Part shown: in pieces, positions 1 to 9,711 of the stretch | How the letters are laid out: each line of letters begins with the position of its first letter | Position numbering within the stretch: position 1 is the stretch's first letter | Assembly (NCBI GenBank): GCA_016208765.1 | Contig: JACQXK010000071.1 | Span: forward strand, 22,429 to 86,428 | Length of the DNA: 64,000 nucleotides | From: Candidatus Omnitrophota bacterium | Lineage (GTDB): Bacteria; Omnitrophota; Gorgyraeia; Gygaellales; Profunditerraquicolaceae | Reading direction: 5' to 3' | Translations under genes and position numbers: made by a program | Notes under the pieces: generated by a model | The model's database searches: none | What the model was told of the DNA's origin: nothing | What the model saw: the letters and a program-made list of their open reading frames with translations, nothing else

Positions 1-706
1 GTAAGGCCACAAGTTTTGTTTTAAATCTTATTAAATCATCCGTGATCAGGTTAGCGGCGATAAAATCAAACTTTATTTTTGGGTTAAATTTGGCAAAATC
101 AATTGCCTTTAGATAAGCCGGCTTAATAGAATTAAGGCAGAAATTATTCTTTGCGGTCTTAATCGCCTGTCTGTCAAAATCAATGGCATATATCAGGCCT
201 GCTCCGCAACAAGCAGCAATTACTGAAAGAATGCCTGAGCCTGTCCCGATATCAAGAAAACTCAGGAACCTACCTTGTTTCTTGGCGATTAACTGTGCTA
301 CCATCTGAGTTGTCGGGTGCGTGCCTGTTCCGAAAGCAACAACTGTATCAATATAGATTCTTTTGAGCGTTTTATTTTTAGAGAAATCTCTTCTGCCTAC
401 AGGAATAACCCTAATCTTCTTTGTAATATTAAAAGGCTTGAAATATTTCTTCCAGCGAGTCTTCCAGTCGGAATCTTTTAAAAGTATCCTTTTAAGATTG
501 ACCCCCTTTAAGCCTGAAAGTGAAATTCTTCTTTGTAAACCCACAGCTTCTTTATGTGTTTTTGGAAAAACCGACAGAGAAACCTTATCCTTCTGTTTCT
601 TCTCAACAATCTCATCCTGTTTAATTCCACAATTTAAAAGTATAGAATTCAACAGTTCAAGAGCGCCTGAAGCATTCTTCCTTAAACTAAGCCTTAATTC
701 TATCAT
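1..706 (-). CDS. prmA: ribosomal protein L11 methyltransferase PrmA (C-terminus runs off window start)
   Basis: Minus-strand translation gives MIELRLSL...THPTTQMVAQ...LDIGTGSGILSVIAA...IYAIDFD (SAM-binding motif); ATG at 706; the overlapping plus ORF 363-1181 is antisense and spurious. Confidence 0.8.
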   Translation of the reverse strand, partial: MIELRLSLRKNASGALELLNSILLNCGIKQDEIVEKKQKDKVSLSVFPKTHKEAVGLQRRISLSGLKGVNLKRILLKDSDWKTRWKKYFKPFNITKKIRVIPVGRRDFSKNKTLKRIYIDTVVAFGTGTHPTTQMVAQLIAKKQGRFLSFLDIGTGSGILSVIAACCGAGLIYAIDFDRQAIKTAKNNFCLNSIKPAYLKAIDFAKFNPKIKFDFIAANLITDDLIRFKTKLVAL

Positions 707-709
707 CTA

Positions 710-2668
710 CTATTCGTATCTTAACGCCTCAATAGGATCAAGCCTGGATGCCTGCTTTGCCGGCCAGAGCCCAAACACAACACCAACAATTAATGAAAAC
801 ACCGTCGCAAGAATCACAGAAGATGCTGAAACAATCATGCTCCAACCGGCAATAAAAGTAACCAAAGCCGACACGCCTGCACCTAATAAAATTCCTCCCA
901 GCCCCCCAAAAACTGACATTAAAACAGCCTCAATCAAAAACTGCACCAGAATATCCCGGTTATTTGCCCCGATTGCCTTACGCAGGCCGATCTCGCGCGT
1001 GCGCTCGGTAACAGACACAAGCATAATGTTCATAATGCCAATTCCACCGACAAAAAGAGAAATTGCAGCAATAGCACCCAGCAATAAAGACATAGTTTTA
1101 GTCGTGGCCTCTAAAGTTTTTTTGATATCAGCCATATTCCTGACTTCAAAAGAATCCTCGTTGTCTTTTCTCAAACGATGAAGCTTTATGATCATTGTGG
1201 AGATTGACTCTGAAAGGGCGTCCATTGCCTGCGGGTCGCGGCATTCAATAAAAATATAGTCAACATACTGTTTTCCAAATAAACGATACATTGCGGTTGT
1301 CACCGGGATAAGAATAACATCATCCTGGTCGCGAAAAGTAGAGGCCCCCTTTTCAGGCAATACTCCGATTACCTGAAAATTAATTAAATTAATTTTAATT
1401 ACTTCCCCTATCGGATTGGCTTCTCCAAAAAGTTCTCTTGCCACAGTTGTGCCTAATAATGCCACTTTTTCACGCATCCTTACTTCTGATGCGTTAAAAA
1501 ACCTGCCGGCTTCCGGAGTAAATGAACGCATATATTCATAATCAACATCAACACCTTCAACCTGAGTATTCCAGTTTTTGTTGGAATAAACAATTTGTCC
1601 GCGCCCGGATACCGATGGGCTAACCCGGACAATTTCATCTGATAAATTACGCAAGGCATCCACATCCTGAAAAGTAAAACGGGTAACTGTGCCGGATTCA
1701 AGCGCTACTCCGTGTAATTTGGGAGAACCGGCCCTTAAAACCAAAAGGTTTGAGCCAAGCCCTGCTAACTGTTTCTCAATTGCCGCCTTAGCTCCTTGCC
1801 CCAAAGCAAGCATGGCAATCACCGCGCCTACTCCAATTAATATACCTAATATAGACAAAAATGACCTTAGTTTATGCGACCATATCGCAAAACAGGCTTC
1901 TCGCAGATAATCAACAAACTTTGCTCCTGTTGATGCTGCGGATTTTTTATCAAACTCTACGCTATCTGAAACAACCGGATTTGCTATAAACGCCTTACCG
2001 CTATTTGCCTCATCAGAAACAATCTGCCCGTCACGCATAAAAATAATTCTTTTCGCATGCTCGGCAATTTCTCTTTCATGAGTAACAATAATTACAGTTT
2101 TACCTTCCTGGTTGAGCTGTTTTAAAATATTTAAAATTTCTTCTTTGCTTTTAGAATCAAGGTTTCCAGTTGGTTCATCAGCAAGGATAATCGGAGGGTC
2201 ATTAACCAATGCCCTGGCAATAGCAACACGCTGCTGCTGGCCTCCGGAAAGCTCATTCGGACGGTGTGATATGCGATCTTTTAACCCGACAAGCTCAATT
2301 TTCTGACGAGCTTTTTCCCTGAGGTGCCTTTTCCCGGCGTAAATTAAAGGCAACTCCGCGTTATCAAGCGCTGTCAGCCGGGACAATAAATGAAACTGCT
2401 GAAAAACAAAACCAATTAACTGATTTCTGATAACAGCGAGCTTCTCATCGCTCAGGCCTTTAATCTCTTTATTGTCTAAAACATAAGTCCCTGCGTCCGG
2501 CCGGTCCAATAAACCAAGCACATGCATTAATGTAGATTTGCCGGAACCCGACGGGCCCATGATCGCCACAAACTCACCCGCAGAAATCTTCAGCGAAACA
2601 TTATTAAGGGCGCGCACTTCAGTATCACCCATCTTGTATGTCTTATGTATATTCTTAAAATCAATCAT
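710..2668 (-). CDS. macB: MacB-type ABC transporter (fused ATPase + FtsX-like permease)
   Basis: Walker [10 protein letters not shown], signature [15 protein letters not shown], Walker [13 protein letters not shown]-terminal 4-TM permease with large periplasmic loop; likely start [11 protein letters not shown] (ATG 2668) rather than ORF-track start 2782. Confidence 0.85.
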   Translation of the reverse strand: MIDFKNIHKTYKMGDTEVRALNNVSLKISAGEFVAIMGPSGSGKSTLMHVLGLLDRPDAGTYVLDNKEIKGLSDEKLAVIRNQLIGFVFQQFHLLSRLTALDNAELPLIYAGKRHLREKARQKIELVGLKDRISHRPNELSGGQQQRVAIARALVNDPPIILADEPTGNLDSKSKEEILNILKQLNQEGKTVIIVTHEREIAEHAKRIIFMRDGQIVSDEANSGKAFIANPVVSDSVEFDKKSAASTGAKFVDYLREACFAIWSHKLRSFLSILGILIGVGAVIAMLALGQGAKAAIEKQLAGLGSNLLVLRAGSPKLHGVALESGTVTRFTFQDVDALRNLSDEIVRVSPSVSGRGQIVYSNKNWNTQVEGVDVDYEYMRSFTPEAGRFFNASEVRMREKVALLGTTVARELFGEANPIGEVIKINLINFQVIGVLPEKGASTFRDQDDVILIPVTTAMYRLFGKQYVDYIFIECRDPQAMDALSESISTMIIKLHRLRKDNEDSFEVRNMADIKKTLEATTKTMSLLLGAIAAISLFVGGIGIMNIMLVSVTERTREIGLRKAIGANNRDILVQFLIEAVLMSVFGGLGGILLGAGVSALVTFIAGWSMIVSASSVILATVFSLIVGVVFGLWPAKQASRLDPIEALRYE

Positions 2669-2669
2669 A

Positions 2670-3560
2670 TCAATTTTTTTGTTTATCTTCCTTTTTCTTT
2701 GCGCCAAACGGAGTAAACGGGCTTGAAGCAGAACTGCCCTTAGGAAGAGAATATTTTTTCTCCTTAACCAAAACAATATCATCAGTATTTATTCCGTATA
2801 TAACCTGAATATTCTTTTCGTCAGAAATACCCGTCTCTATTAAACGTTTTGTTGGTGCGTTCCCGGTAGCATCTTTAATAAACACATACTCCTTGCCATT
2901 CTCTTTAATTACCGCTTCGCCAGGGACAAGCAACGCTCCGTCAACTGACTTATTAACAAAATAAATGGTAGCATTCATCCCTGAACGAAAGAACGCAGGG
3001 GTCTCTTCCGGGAGCAAATCAACCTCATAAGTAGTAACGTTATTTACTGTTTTTGACTCATAATAAATATGGTCCACAACAGCCTTTATTTTTTCAAGCG
3101 GGTAAGCATCAAGGCTTAAAACCACCTCCTGACCAAGCTTTACTTTTCCGATATCAGTTTCATCAACCTGCGCCCTGACAATCAACTTATCCGAAAGGAC
3201 AATCACTGCATCGCTGGTAGTTACAGTTTGACCCGGCTGCGTCTTTGAAACGATCACTTCACCGTCTATCGGAGAAATTAGAGGGATAGCTTTATACACA
3301 TCTTTCCAGTATTCTAAAGATTTCTCTCCCTGGCCGCGAGCCGCATCCAACAGGGCCGCGCGCTCAGTAGAACTCATCCAGGCTAAAGTTTCTCCTGTTT
3401 TTACTTTTTGGCCTTCTTTAACCAGGATTTCTTCAACCCTTCCTCCTACCGGAGGCTTGATCTCCAGCCTGTTTTTAGGCAGCACCGAGCCAACAGTAGA
3501 AAATGTGCTCTGGACACTGCCGGAAAAAGGCAATCCAGCCTGCCTCAGCCAAAAGCGCAT
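2670..3560 (-). CDS. HlyD/MacA-family periplasmic adaptor (membrane fusion protein); N-terminus/start uncertain
   Basis: Lipoyl-like half motifs (VGGRVEEILVKEGQKVKTGETLA ... ISPIDGEVIV), beta-barrel/MP-domain-like C-terminus; ORF frame overlaps upstream OMF gene and no clear TM anchor found. Confidence 0.6.
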   Translation of the reverse strand: MRFWLRQAGLPFSGSVQSTFSTVGSVLPKNRLEIKPPVGGRVEEILVKEGQKVKTGETLAWMSSTERAALLDAARGQGEKSLEYWKDVYKAIPLISPIDGEVIVSKTQPGQTVTTSDAVIVLSDKLIVRAQVDETDIGKVKLGQEVVLSLDAYPLEKIKAVVDHIYYESKTVNNVTTYEVDLLPEETPAFFRSGMNATIYFVNKSVDGALLVPGEAVIKENGKEYVFIKDATGNAPTKRLIETGISDEKNIQVIYGINTDDIVLVKEKKYSLPKGSSASSPFTPFGAKKKEDKQKN

Positions 3561-4797
3561 CTGACTGAGCCAGTAAATAATTCTTTTTTGCCTTAACCAA
3601 GTCATCTTCAATAATAATCCAGTTATCAAATGAAATAAATCCGATTGAATATTGCGCCTCGGCAATCCTTGAGCGTTCTTCTGTAGCATTTAGTATTTGT
3701 TTCTGCACATTAACAAATTCTAAAGTATCCTGCAGTAAAACCCAAGACTGTTCAAGGCTTACAACAGCCGTATCCCTGACGCTTCTTTCGTTTTCACCTG
3801 CCTGCCTGAGTTCTGATTTTGCCTGTGACACCTGCGCAACCCTTAGGCCGCCTTCAAATATGGGCACGCTTAAACCCAAACCTGCATTCCATTGGTTGGT
3901 TGCCGGCGGCCAACTGGAACCAGCCTTGTCCACAGATGCTGAACCGATTAACTGAGGGCTGAAATTTCCATAAGCCGACCTGACATTGTAAAAAGCAGCC
4001 GCTTTTTTGGCAGCAGCCTCCAGGACTGAAGGGTTATTCTTTACTATCACTTCAAAGTCAGGTTTTATTTTTGCTGTATCGCGCACGACAAAATTCCCGC
4101 TGACAAGTATCGGCATGAACTCCTTACGGCCCATTTCTTTGGTTAACTGGCGCTGAAAAAATTCAACATTCCTCTTTGCCTGGGCAAGCTCATAATTCGC
4201 CTGGCTAAGGTTCGCCTGAGCAGTCAGCAATGCGCCTTTGTGTTCAAGACCGGAATAATAACGCATAGTAATCAATTCCAGATTATCCCGCCGTATCTTG
4301 ATAATCCCTTCCACGACCTTAACCAGTTCCTGGGCTTCCAGTAATTTTACAAAAGCATTACGCAGGCTTAGCCTTATTTCAGAAGAAGCAAAACGATAAC
4401 TTTGTTTAGCCGTCTCAATATTTTGTTTTGCCGTGTTAACTTCATTAAGTGTTTTAAAACCGTCAAAAATTAATTGTGAGCCGGTTGCCCCATAAGAATA
4501 CGAATCACCCGATGTGGCAGATGACAGGTTTTGCGAAGAAGATTTACCTGTTTTGGATGTAGAGGCGTTAAGATCTGCGTTAATTTGGGGATAAAGCGAG
4601 CTTGCCGTAATTGTCTTGGCTGATTTCTGCTGGCTGATGTTTTCAACAGCAGAAATTAAATCCGGATTATTAACCCTGGCTTCAACCAAACAACCCTTCC
4701 AGTCAAGCGCTTCTTCGGCACAAAGCCCCTGCGTTTGTTGAAACAATATGCTTAAGCTAAAAATAACTGTTACAAAAAGATTAAATATTATTTTCAT
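3475..4797 (-). CDS. TolC/OprM-family outer membrane efflux factor
   Basis: N-terminal signal peptide; two-repeat OMF architecture with coiled-coil-rich segments; C-terminal ...LLAEAGW resembles the OMF C-terminal LGGGW-type ending. Confidence 0.8.
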   Translation of the reverse strand: MKIIFNLFVTVIFSLSILFQQTQGLCAEEALDWKGCLVEARVNNPDLISAVENISQQKSAKTITASSLYPQINADLNASTSKTGKSSSQNLSSATSGDSYSYGATGSQLIFDGFKTLNEVNTAKQNIETAKQSYRFASSEIRLSLRNAFVKLLEAQELVKVVEGIIKIRRDNLELITMRYYSGLEHKGALLTAQANLSQANYELAQAKRNVEFFQRQLTKEMGRKEFMPILVSGNFVVRDTAKIKPDFEVIVKNNPSVLEAAAKKAAAFYNVRSAYGNFSPQLIGSASVDKAGSSWPPATNQWNAGLGLSVPIFEGGLRVAQVSQAKSELRQAGENERSVRDTAVVSLEQSWVLLQDTLEFVNVQKQILNATEERSRIAEAQYSIGFISFDNWIIIEDDLVKAKKNYLLAQSDALLAEAGWIAFFRQCPEHIFYCWLGAA

Positions 4798-4806
4798 CGT
4801 TACAGG

Positions 4807-5037
4807 TTAAGATATTTTCTGTTTTATTTTGGTCAACATTTCAGTGGCGTGCTCTAAAAATTGCGTGAACTGCTCAGCAGGGATCAAGCCAATCGGCCCG
4901 CCTGGCTTTGCAAAAACTACGAGTTTGTCTCCTGTCTTAATTTCAAACTGCTTACGGATTTCAGAAGGAATAACCACCTGCCCTCTTTCTCCTACGGTTA
5001 CAGCGCCATACATCTTTGGCATGGGGAACTTTTTCAT
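4807..5037 (-). CDS. AbrB/MazE/SpoVT-family DNA-binding protein
   Basis: 76 aa; GAVTVGERGQVVIPSEIRKQFEIKTGDKLVV matches the swapped-hairpin AbrB/SpoVT domain. Confidence 0.7.
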   Translation of the reverse strand: MKKFPMPKMYGAVTVGERGQVVIPSEIRKQFEIKTGDKLVVFAKPGGPIGLIPAEQFTQFLEHATEMLTKIKQKIS

Positions 5038-5069
5038 TCTTGCCTCCTTGGAATAAAGTATGATTTGTG

Positions 5070-5106
5070 TGATTTGTATGATAAGTCTATCATATCATAC
5101 AAATCA
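5070..5106. promoter_or_regulatory. perfect 14-bp inverted repeat (tgatttgtatgata N9 tatcatacaaatca), candidate operator in divergent promoter region
   Basis: Arms 5070-5083 and 5093-5106 are exact reverse complements; extra half-site tgatttgt at 5061-5068; sits between AbrB-like gene and dedA. Confidence 0.4.
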
Positions 5107-5167
5107 TGTCAAGATAAAAATTATAGACAAACAGCAAACGACTGATATAATACCGCTAATATAAATT

Positions 5168-5803
5168 GTGAATAAAATGAAAACCAAAATCCTTCAATTC
5201 ATAAAATCACCGCTGTGGCTTTTAAGAAAAATGTACAACTGGACCTTGCATTGGGCAAAGACCAAGCAGGCGCCTTACGCGCTTTTTTGGCTGGCCTTTT
5301 GCGAAAGCTCATTTTTTCCAATACCTCCTGATGTTTTGCTTATTGCCATGGTCATGGCGGAAAGAAAAAAATGGGCATTCTATGCCATGATCTGCACTAT
5401 CGGCTCTGTCTGCGGGGCGCTGCTTGGTTATTTTATAGGCTTGGGGCTTTATGAAACAATAGGAAAAGTTATTATCAATACTTACCATCTAAACGCAACC
5501 GTGGAATTAGTAGGAAGAAAATTTGCAGAGAATTCCTTTATCACGATATTTACAGCCGCTTTTACCCCTATACCTTATAAGGTAATTACAATCGCCGCAG
5601 GTATTTTTAATATTTCTTTGGCGGTAGTGGTCATTGCCTCAATATTCGGAAGGGCAGGAAGGTTCTTTTTAGTAGCGCTTGGCCTTCGCGTATTCGGAAA
5701 GAAGATCGCCGACTCTATTGAAAAATACTTTGATATACTCTCAATTATATTTGTTCTATTGCTGGTGGGCGGGTTCTGGATAATCAAACATTTCGCTAAG
5801 TAG
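5168..5803 (+). CDS. DedA/YqaA-family membrane protein
   Basis: 211 aa multi-TM; FFPIPPDVLLIAMV and re-entrant-loop region typical of YqaA/DedA. Confidence 0.75.
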   Translation: MNKMKTKILQFIKSPLWLLRKMYNWTLHWAKTKQAPYALFWLAFCESSFFPIPPDVLLIAMVMAERKKWAFYAMICTIGSVCGALLGYFIGLGLYETIGKVIINTYHLNATVELVGRKFAENSFITIFTAAFTPIPYKVITIAAGIFNISLAVVVIASIFGRAGRFFLVALGLRVFGKKIADSIEKYFDILSIIFVLLLVGGFWIIKHFAK

Positions 5804-5838
5804 TTTTTAATAGCGGCCTTAAATTCAATTTAATACCC

Positions 5839-6759
5839 CTAAAGGCCTTGATAATAGTTATACGTAAGTAACGTTACTTCAGATATAAATTTCTTAGTAG
5901 ACTGAGCAAGCTTATCTTCGTGCCTGACCAAAACACAAATCAAAAAATCACCTTTATCAGTAAATACAATCCCCGCATCATGACAAATATGATTTTCTAA
6001 ACCTGTCTTGTGAACGACGAAGGTCCCCCTGGGAAGTTTTCTTGGAATACGATCGTTAATCTTCTGCTGGCCCAGTAATTCCAAACATCTTTCAGAAATA
6101 TCTTTATTCAGGAATTTCTTATAATAAATCCGCTTTAATAGATAAGCCATTTCTTGAGCCGTCGTATAATTCTCAGTTCCTTCCCTTCTTTCTGCAAAAT
6201 CCATCATCTTGCGGGAAATATTGGTATTTTTAAGGCCAATTTTATTGAAATATGCATTTAACAAATCAAATCCTAAGCGGTCTATCAACATATTAGCAGC
6301 AGTATTGTCACTTTGGGTGATCATAGGATTTAATAATTCTTCCAGTGTAAAAACAGAGCCAGATGGCTTGTCACCCAATACTTTTGACCCGGCCACCCTT
6401 ACAGAAGACCTGAGAATAACAGTATCTTCCAGGTTTATCTTTTTATCCTGTGCGGCATAAAAACAAGAAAGCATAATGGGGACTTTTACCAAGCTTGCAG
6501 AAGGCAGGAGCTTGTCCTGATTAAAAGCGATCTTCTGCCCGGTATCAAGATCTTCAACGACTAAACCAACTGCGCCTTTAAAATGCTTGACCTTGCTTAC
6601 TAAGGCCCTGCTTAAATGCAGCCACCCTGCCTTTCTCTTCTCCAATAGAATCTGTTTTCTTATGTTATTCTGATACCCTTGATATGCCTTGACTGCAAGA
6701 AATGCAGCTATCAAAAAGAAAATAAATAAAACTGAAATAAATTTTATTTTTGCTTTCAT
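5839..6759 (-). CDS. class A beta-lactamase-like serine hydrolase (secreted)
   Basis: Signal peptide; SxxK (SASLVK), SDN (QSDNTAANM) and KTG (HKTGL) motifs in class-A spacing. Confidence 0.7.
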   Translation of the reverse strand: MKAKIKFISVLFIFFLIAAFLAVKAYQGYQNNIRKQILLEKRKAGWLHLSRALVSKVKHFKGAVGLVVEDLDTGQKIAFNQDKLLPSASLVKVPIMLSCFYAAQDKKINLEDTVILRSSVRVAGSKVLGDKPSGSVFTLEELLNPMITQSDNTAANMLIDRLGFDLLNAYFNKIGLKNTNISRKMMDFAERREGTENYTTAQEMAYLLKRIYYKKFLNKDISERCLELLGQQKINDRIPRKLPRGTFVVHKTGLENHICHDAGIVFTDKGDFLICVLVRHEDKLAQSTKKFISEVTLLTYNYYQGL

Positions 6760-6783
6760 ATTTTTGATTTACTTCTGCCCAAA

Positions 6784-7200
6784 CTACTTGAAATGTTTCT
6801 TTCTGTTACGATCAGAAGATAAGCTTCCCTCCTGTTTTCGCAATTCAATCTCAGTATGAAGTTGCTTAGAAATAATCCGCTCAGTTTCTACCTTTATATT
6901 AGCGATCCTGATCAATTCTTCTTGTAACTTTATTCGTTCAGCGGTTTCTTTTTTTAACTCAAACCATCTATGCCAGGCAAAAAAAGCTAAACCTAAGCTC
7001 AAAGCTAAAAGTCCCGTAACAACTTCATCAACATAAATTATATTTTGAGGATGTTTCTCAAGGAAATTTACAATAAAAACAAATGCATCAAAGAAATACG
7101 AGAGAATAAATACAAAAATAGAAATAACAACAACTATAATCAAATCCTTAGAAGCAGCTGAAGCCTTAGACTTGGCATTATTATGTTTGTTTTCTGACAT
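6784..7200 (-). CDS. hypothetical membrane protein (2 TM + C-terminal coiled coil)
   Basis: ORF with hydrophobic helices and charged helical tail; no recognisable family. Confidence 0.4.
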   Translation of the reverse strand: MSENKHNNAKSKASAASKDLIIVVVISIFVFILSYFFDAFVFIVNFLEKHPQNIIYVDEVVTGLLALSLGLAFFAWHRWFELKKETAERIKLQEELIRIANIKVETERIISKQLHTEIELRKQEGSLSSDRNRKKHFK

Positions 7201-7234
7201 GTTAAGTATTATTTTACCTCATTTGTTTAATTAT

Positions 7235-7699
7235 TTACTGGGCAAACATTATTTTATCTTCAGGAGTCAGTCCACCCGCATATAACCACACGGAAAAAGA
7301 ACCGACTTCATCAACAATCTTTATAAGAGAACCGGTTGTTTCTATCTTCTGCCCCTTGACAAACTGCTCAACCTTGTTTTTATCTTTGAAGAAAATCAGT
7401 ATTCCATAAGGGATCCCGGCCTTGCTCATCTGCGGCTCTGTCACTACTTTGTAGAAATGTTCACCCTTATCAGTTCTTTCATCAAAAGTTGCCCAGTCTA
7501 TTACGTCTTTTATTGTAACGTTTGAGGATATTTCCTTATATCTGTACGTATCTTCAATCTGCCCTCTCTCTATTTCAGTTGCCTTGCTATATTGCCCGAT
7601 CAAATCGTCAACATTCATAGTTTGGCAAAAAGAAAAAACGGGCAAAAGAAACAAAAATGAGACCGCGACAAAAATCCTGGCTGCCATAGCCTTACGCAT
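7235..7699 (-). CDS. hypothetical secreted protein
   Basis: N-terminal signal peptide (AARIFVAVSFLFLLPVFSFC). Confidence 0.4.
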   Translation of the reverse strand: MRKAMAARIFVAVSFLFLLPVFSFCQTMNVDDLIGQYSKATEIERGQIEDTYRYKEISSNVTIKDVIDWATFDERTDKGEHFYKVVTEPQMSKAGIPYGILIFFKDKNKVEQFVKGQKIETTGSLIKIVDEVGSFSVWLYAGGLTPEDKIMFAQ

Positions 7700-7763
7700 C
7701 TGTTTTCTCCTTTCTTAAACACCCTATTTTAGTTTTTATTTTACTTCAAAAAAACAAACCCGA

Positions 7764-8858
7764 TTATTTTAATTCAGCGCTTATATCAATAACGCTCTGA
7801 CGCACATCATCAATCGCAATTGAGCGTTCTAAGGCTCCGGGCATCAGGTCAAAACGCTTCAAATCAACTTTCTTTAACGCAGTATTTTCGTAAGTCTTAT
7901 AGTAAAGAACTTTATTAGTCAAATCCTTGATCACCACCCACTGCGCATAGCCCTCAAGCGTAATTAAAAGAGCTGGATTTTCTTTAATTACTCCTTTGGG
8001 AATATCCACAATATTCAAAATATGCTGCGCCAGATTGATTGCTTCCTCTGAATTCGCCGAAGGCAAGGCTTCGTCAACGCTTAGCGCCAAACGCACAAAA
8101 CGAGAAGGCGGCGTCCAATCTCCCGGCAAGCCAAGCATCCCGCTACCCACACCCGTCGGCTCAATCTTAATTCCACGGATCACCTTGTCTTTCTTGTCAT
8201 GCGCATCCAGATTGATATAATTCCGCAGGTTATTCAACTGATATGAAAATTCCGGGCGGTTAGTCATCACCCCCAACGGGTTATCATAAACCTTCACTTC
8301 TCCATCTATAAACTCAATAACCAGGTTCTTTCCGACAGCATCGTGCAACGCAATATGCAAATACAATTCACCATTTGCTTCTTTTAATTTGATGCCTGCG
8401 ACATTGATTTTAGGTAAAGCCTCTTTTACCTCATCAACATTCGCGAAATTACCCATAACCCAGGAACCAAAATCACTGATAGTTACGAATTTACCGGCAA
8501 TTGCTGGCTGATACTTGGCTCCGGTAAACATCAACGCATCAAAAGCAAGGCCTTTTTCATTAAAACCTTCCACATAGGAATTCTTGACATTAAAAGCGTC
8601 AATACCCAGAAAACCGTATTTATTAGTCCAACTGATACCTTTTACCCCCTTGTCATTAACGCTGGTAAACTGCCTATCCCGAGGAACAACTACTACATGA
8701 GAATGAAGATCAACGGCAAATTCCATAGAACGACCGATTATAATACTGCTATCTTTTGCTTTAATCTGAAAATCACTGCAGGCAAAAACTGCGTTAACCG
8801 ACAAAGCTAAAAATAAAATCAATGCTAACCAGAACTTTGTTGCAAGCTTATTCAACAT
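7764..8858 (-). CDS. Ntn-hydrolase, choloylglycine hydrolase / penicillin V acylase (linear amide C-N hydrolase) family
   Basis: Signal peptide followed by the nucleophile Cys (…AVFA|CSDF…), then GRSMEF (cf. GRNxD[FW]) and family-typical spacing. Confidence 0.6.
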   Translation of the reverse strand: MLNKLATKFWLALILFLALSVNAVFACSDFQIKAKDSSIIIGRSMEFAVDLHSHVVVVPRDRQFTSVNDKGVKGISWTNKYGFLGIDAFNVKNSYVEGFNEKGLAFDALMFTGAKYQPAIAGKFVTISDFGSWVMGNFANVDEVKEALPKINVAGIKLKEANGELYLHIALHDAVGKNLVIEFIDGEVKVYDNPLGVMTNRPEFSYQLNNLRNYINLDAHDKKDKVIRGIKIEPTGVGSGMLGLPGDWTPPSRFVRLALSVDEALPSANSEEAINLAQHILNIVDIPKGVIKENPALLITLEGYAQWVVIKDLTNKVLYYKTYENTALKKVDLKRFDLMPGALERSIAIDDVRQSVIDISAELK

Positions 8859-8944
8859 TGTTACCTCCTAGATCTTTTTTACAAACGCTTCAGATACAAC
8901 ATTGAAAACATCCCTATTTTGTGCGAAAAAACACTTGAATTATG

Positions 8945-9277
8945 TTAATGGTTCTTACGAGACGCAAAAATGAAATTGAAAAAATACTTTCTGAGAGACT
9001 CATCTGTAAATTTAAACTGGTTATCTCCTGTAAAATAACCCACGATTGCTTCTCGTAAACGGGCAATTTCTTTTAGGCGGGCAAAATTCTTTGTGCTATC
9101 TAAAGTCAAATCTATCAATTCAAGAGCGCGCTCAAAAGCCTGCTGCGCATATTCGGAATTGTTTTTTGACTGCCAGTTAAGGGCACGCTCAACCTCACTG
9201 CCGATATTTGCCATCTGCTCAATAAAAGACAGCTGATCCCAGCGTCCTGCTGCAAGGTTTTTATGCTGATAACTCAT
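8945..9277 (-). CDS. hypothetical small helical protein
   Basis: 110 aa; 4-nt start/stop overlap with upstream small gene (translational coupling). Confidence 0.4.
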   Translation of the reverse strand: MSYQHKNLAAGRWDQLSFIEQMANIGSEVERALNWQSKNNSEYAQQAFERALELIDLTLDSTKNFARLKEIARLREAIVGYFTGDNQFKFTDESLRKYFFNFIFASRKNH

Positions 9278-9615
9278 CTTTTAATCCATTTATTGACTAC
9301 GTTTACTATCTTGTTCCGGATAATCTCATTTTCAACGCCCCTGCTCTTATTCCCACGAGACGGACGCAAATTAATCATAGAGTCAAATTCAATAAACTCA
9401 TCGCCTTGCAATTCCGGATAAAAGTTGGTCCCCCAAAGACTATGTTGTTTTGAGCCATTTTCTAAAAGCAACGCCTCTAAATCTGGGTGCAGTTCAGCGT
9501 CAAGAGCAACAAGCTCCCTGTCCACATCCACAACTGCCTTTACAAGATTTCCAAAAGTATCCGTAGCCAATTGCTTAAGTTCATTAAGCGAAATAATCTC
9601 AATAATTATTTTCAT
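9274..9615 (-). CDS. DUF5674-like small protein
   Basis: ISLNELKQLA..FGNLVKAVVDV..ELHPDLEALLLENGS..LWGTNFYPE..EFDSMINLRP..N(K)SRGVEN pattern recalls DUF5674 family (from memory). Confidence 0.4.
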   Translation of the reverse strand: MKIIIEIISLNELKQLATDTFGNLVKAVVDVDRELVALDAELHPDLEALLLENGSKQHSLWGTNFYPELQGDEFIEFDSMINLRPSRGNKSRGVENEIIRNKIVNVVNKWIKR

Positions 9616-9711
9616 ACGCTGAATTATATCTCAAACAAAAGCTGCCTGCAACCAAATTTTACAAAAATTCGTTTGACTGAGTAGCTATTTAAGGTAAAAT
9701 ATTTAAACTAT

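Noticed and set aside
363-1181. 272-aa plus-strand ORF from the six-frame track
   Set aside because: Lies antisense to the well-supported prmA (1-706) and macB (710-2668) genes; low-complexity translation with no motifs; an antisense-frame artefact.
2669-2782. Upstream extension of macB (MILFWLRRKN…)
   Set aside because: Extension overlaps the adaptor gene's 3' end and is hydrophobic junk. The canonical ABC N-terminus starts at MIDFKNIHK.
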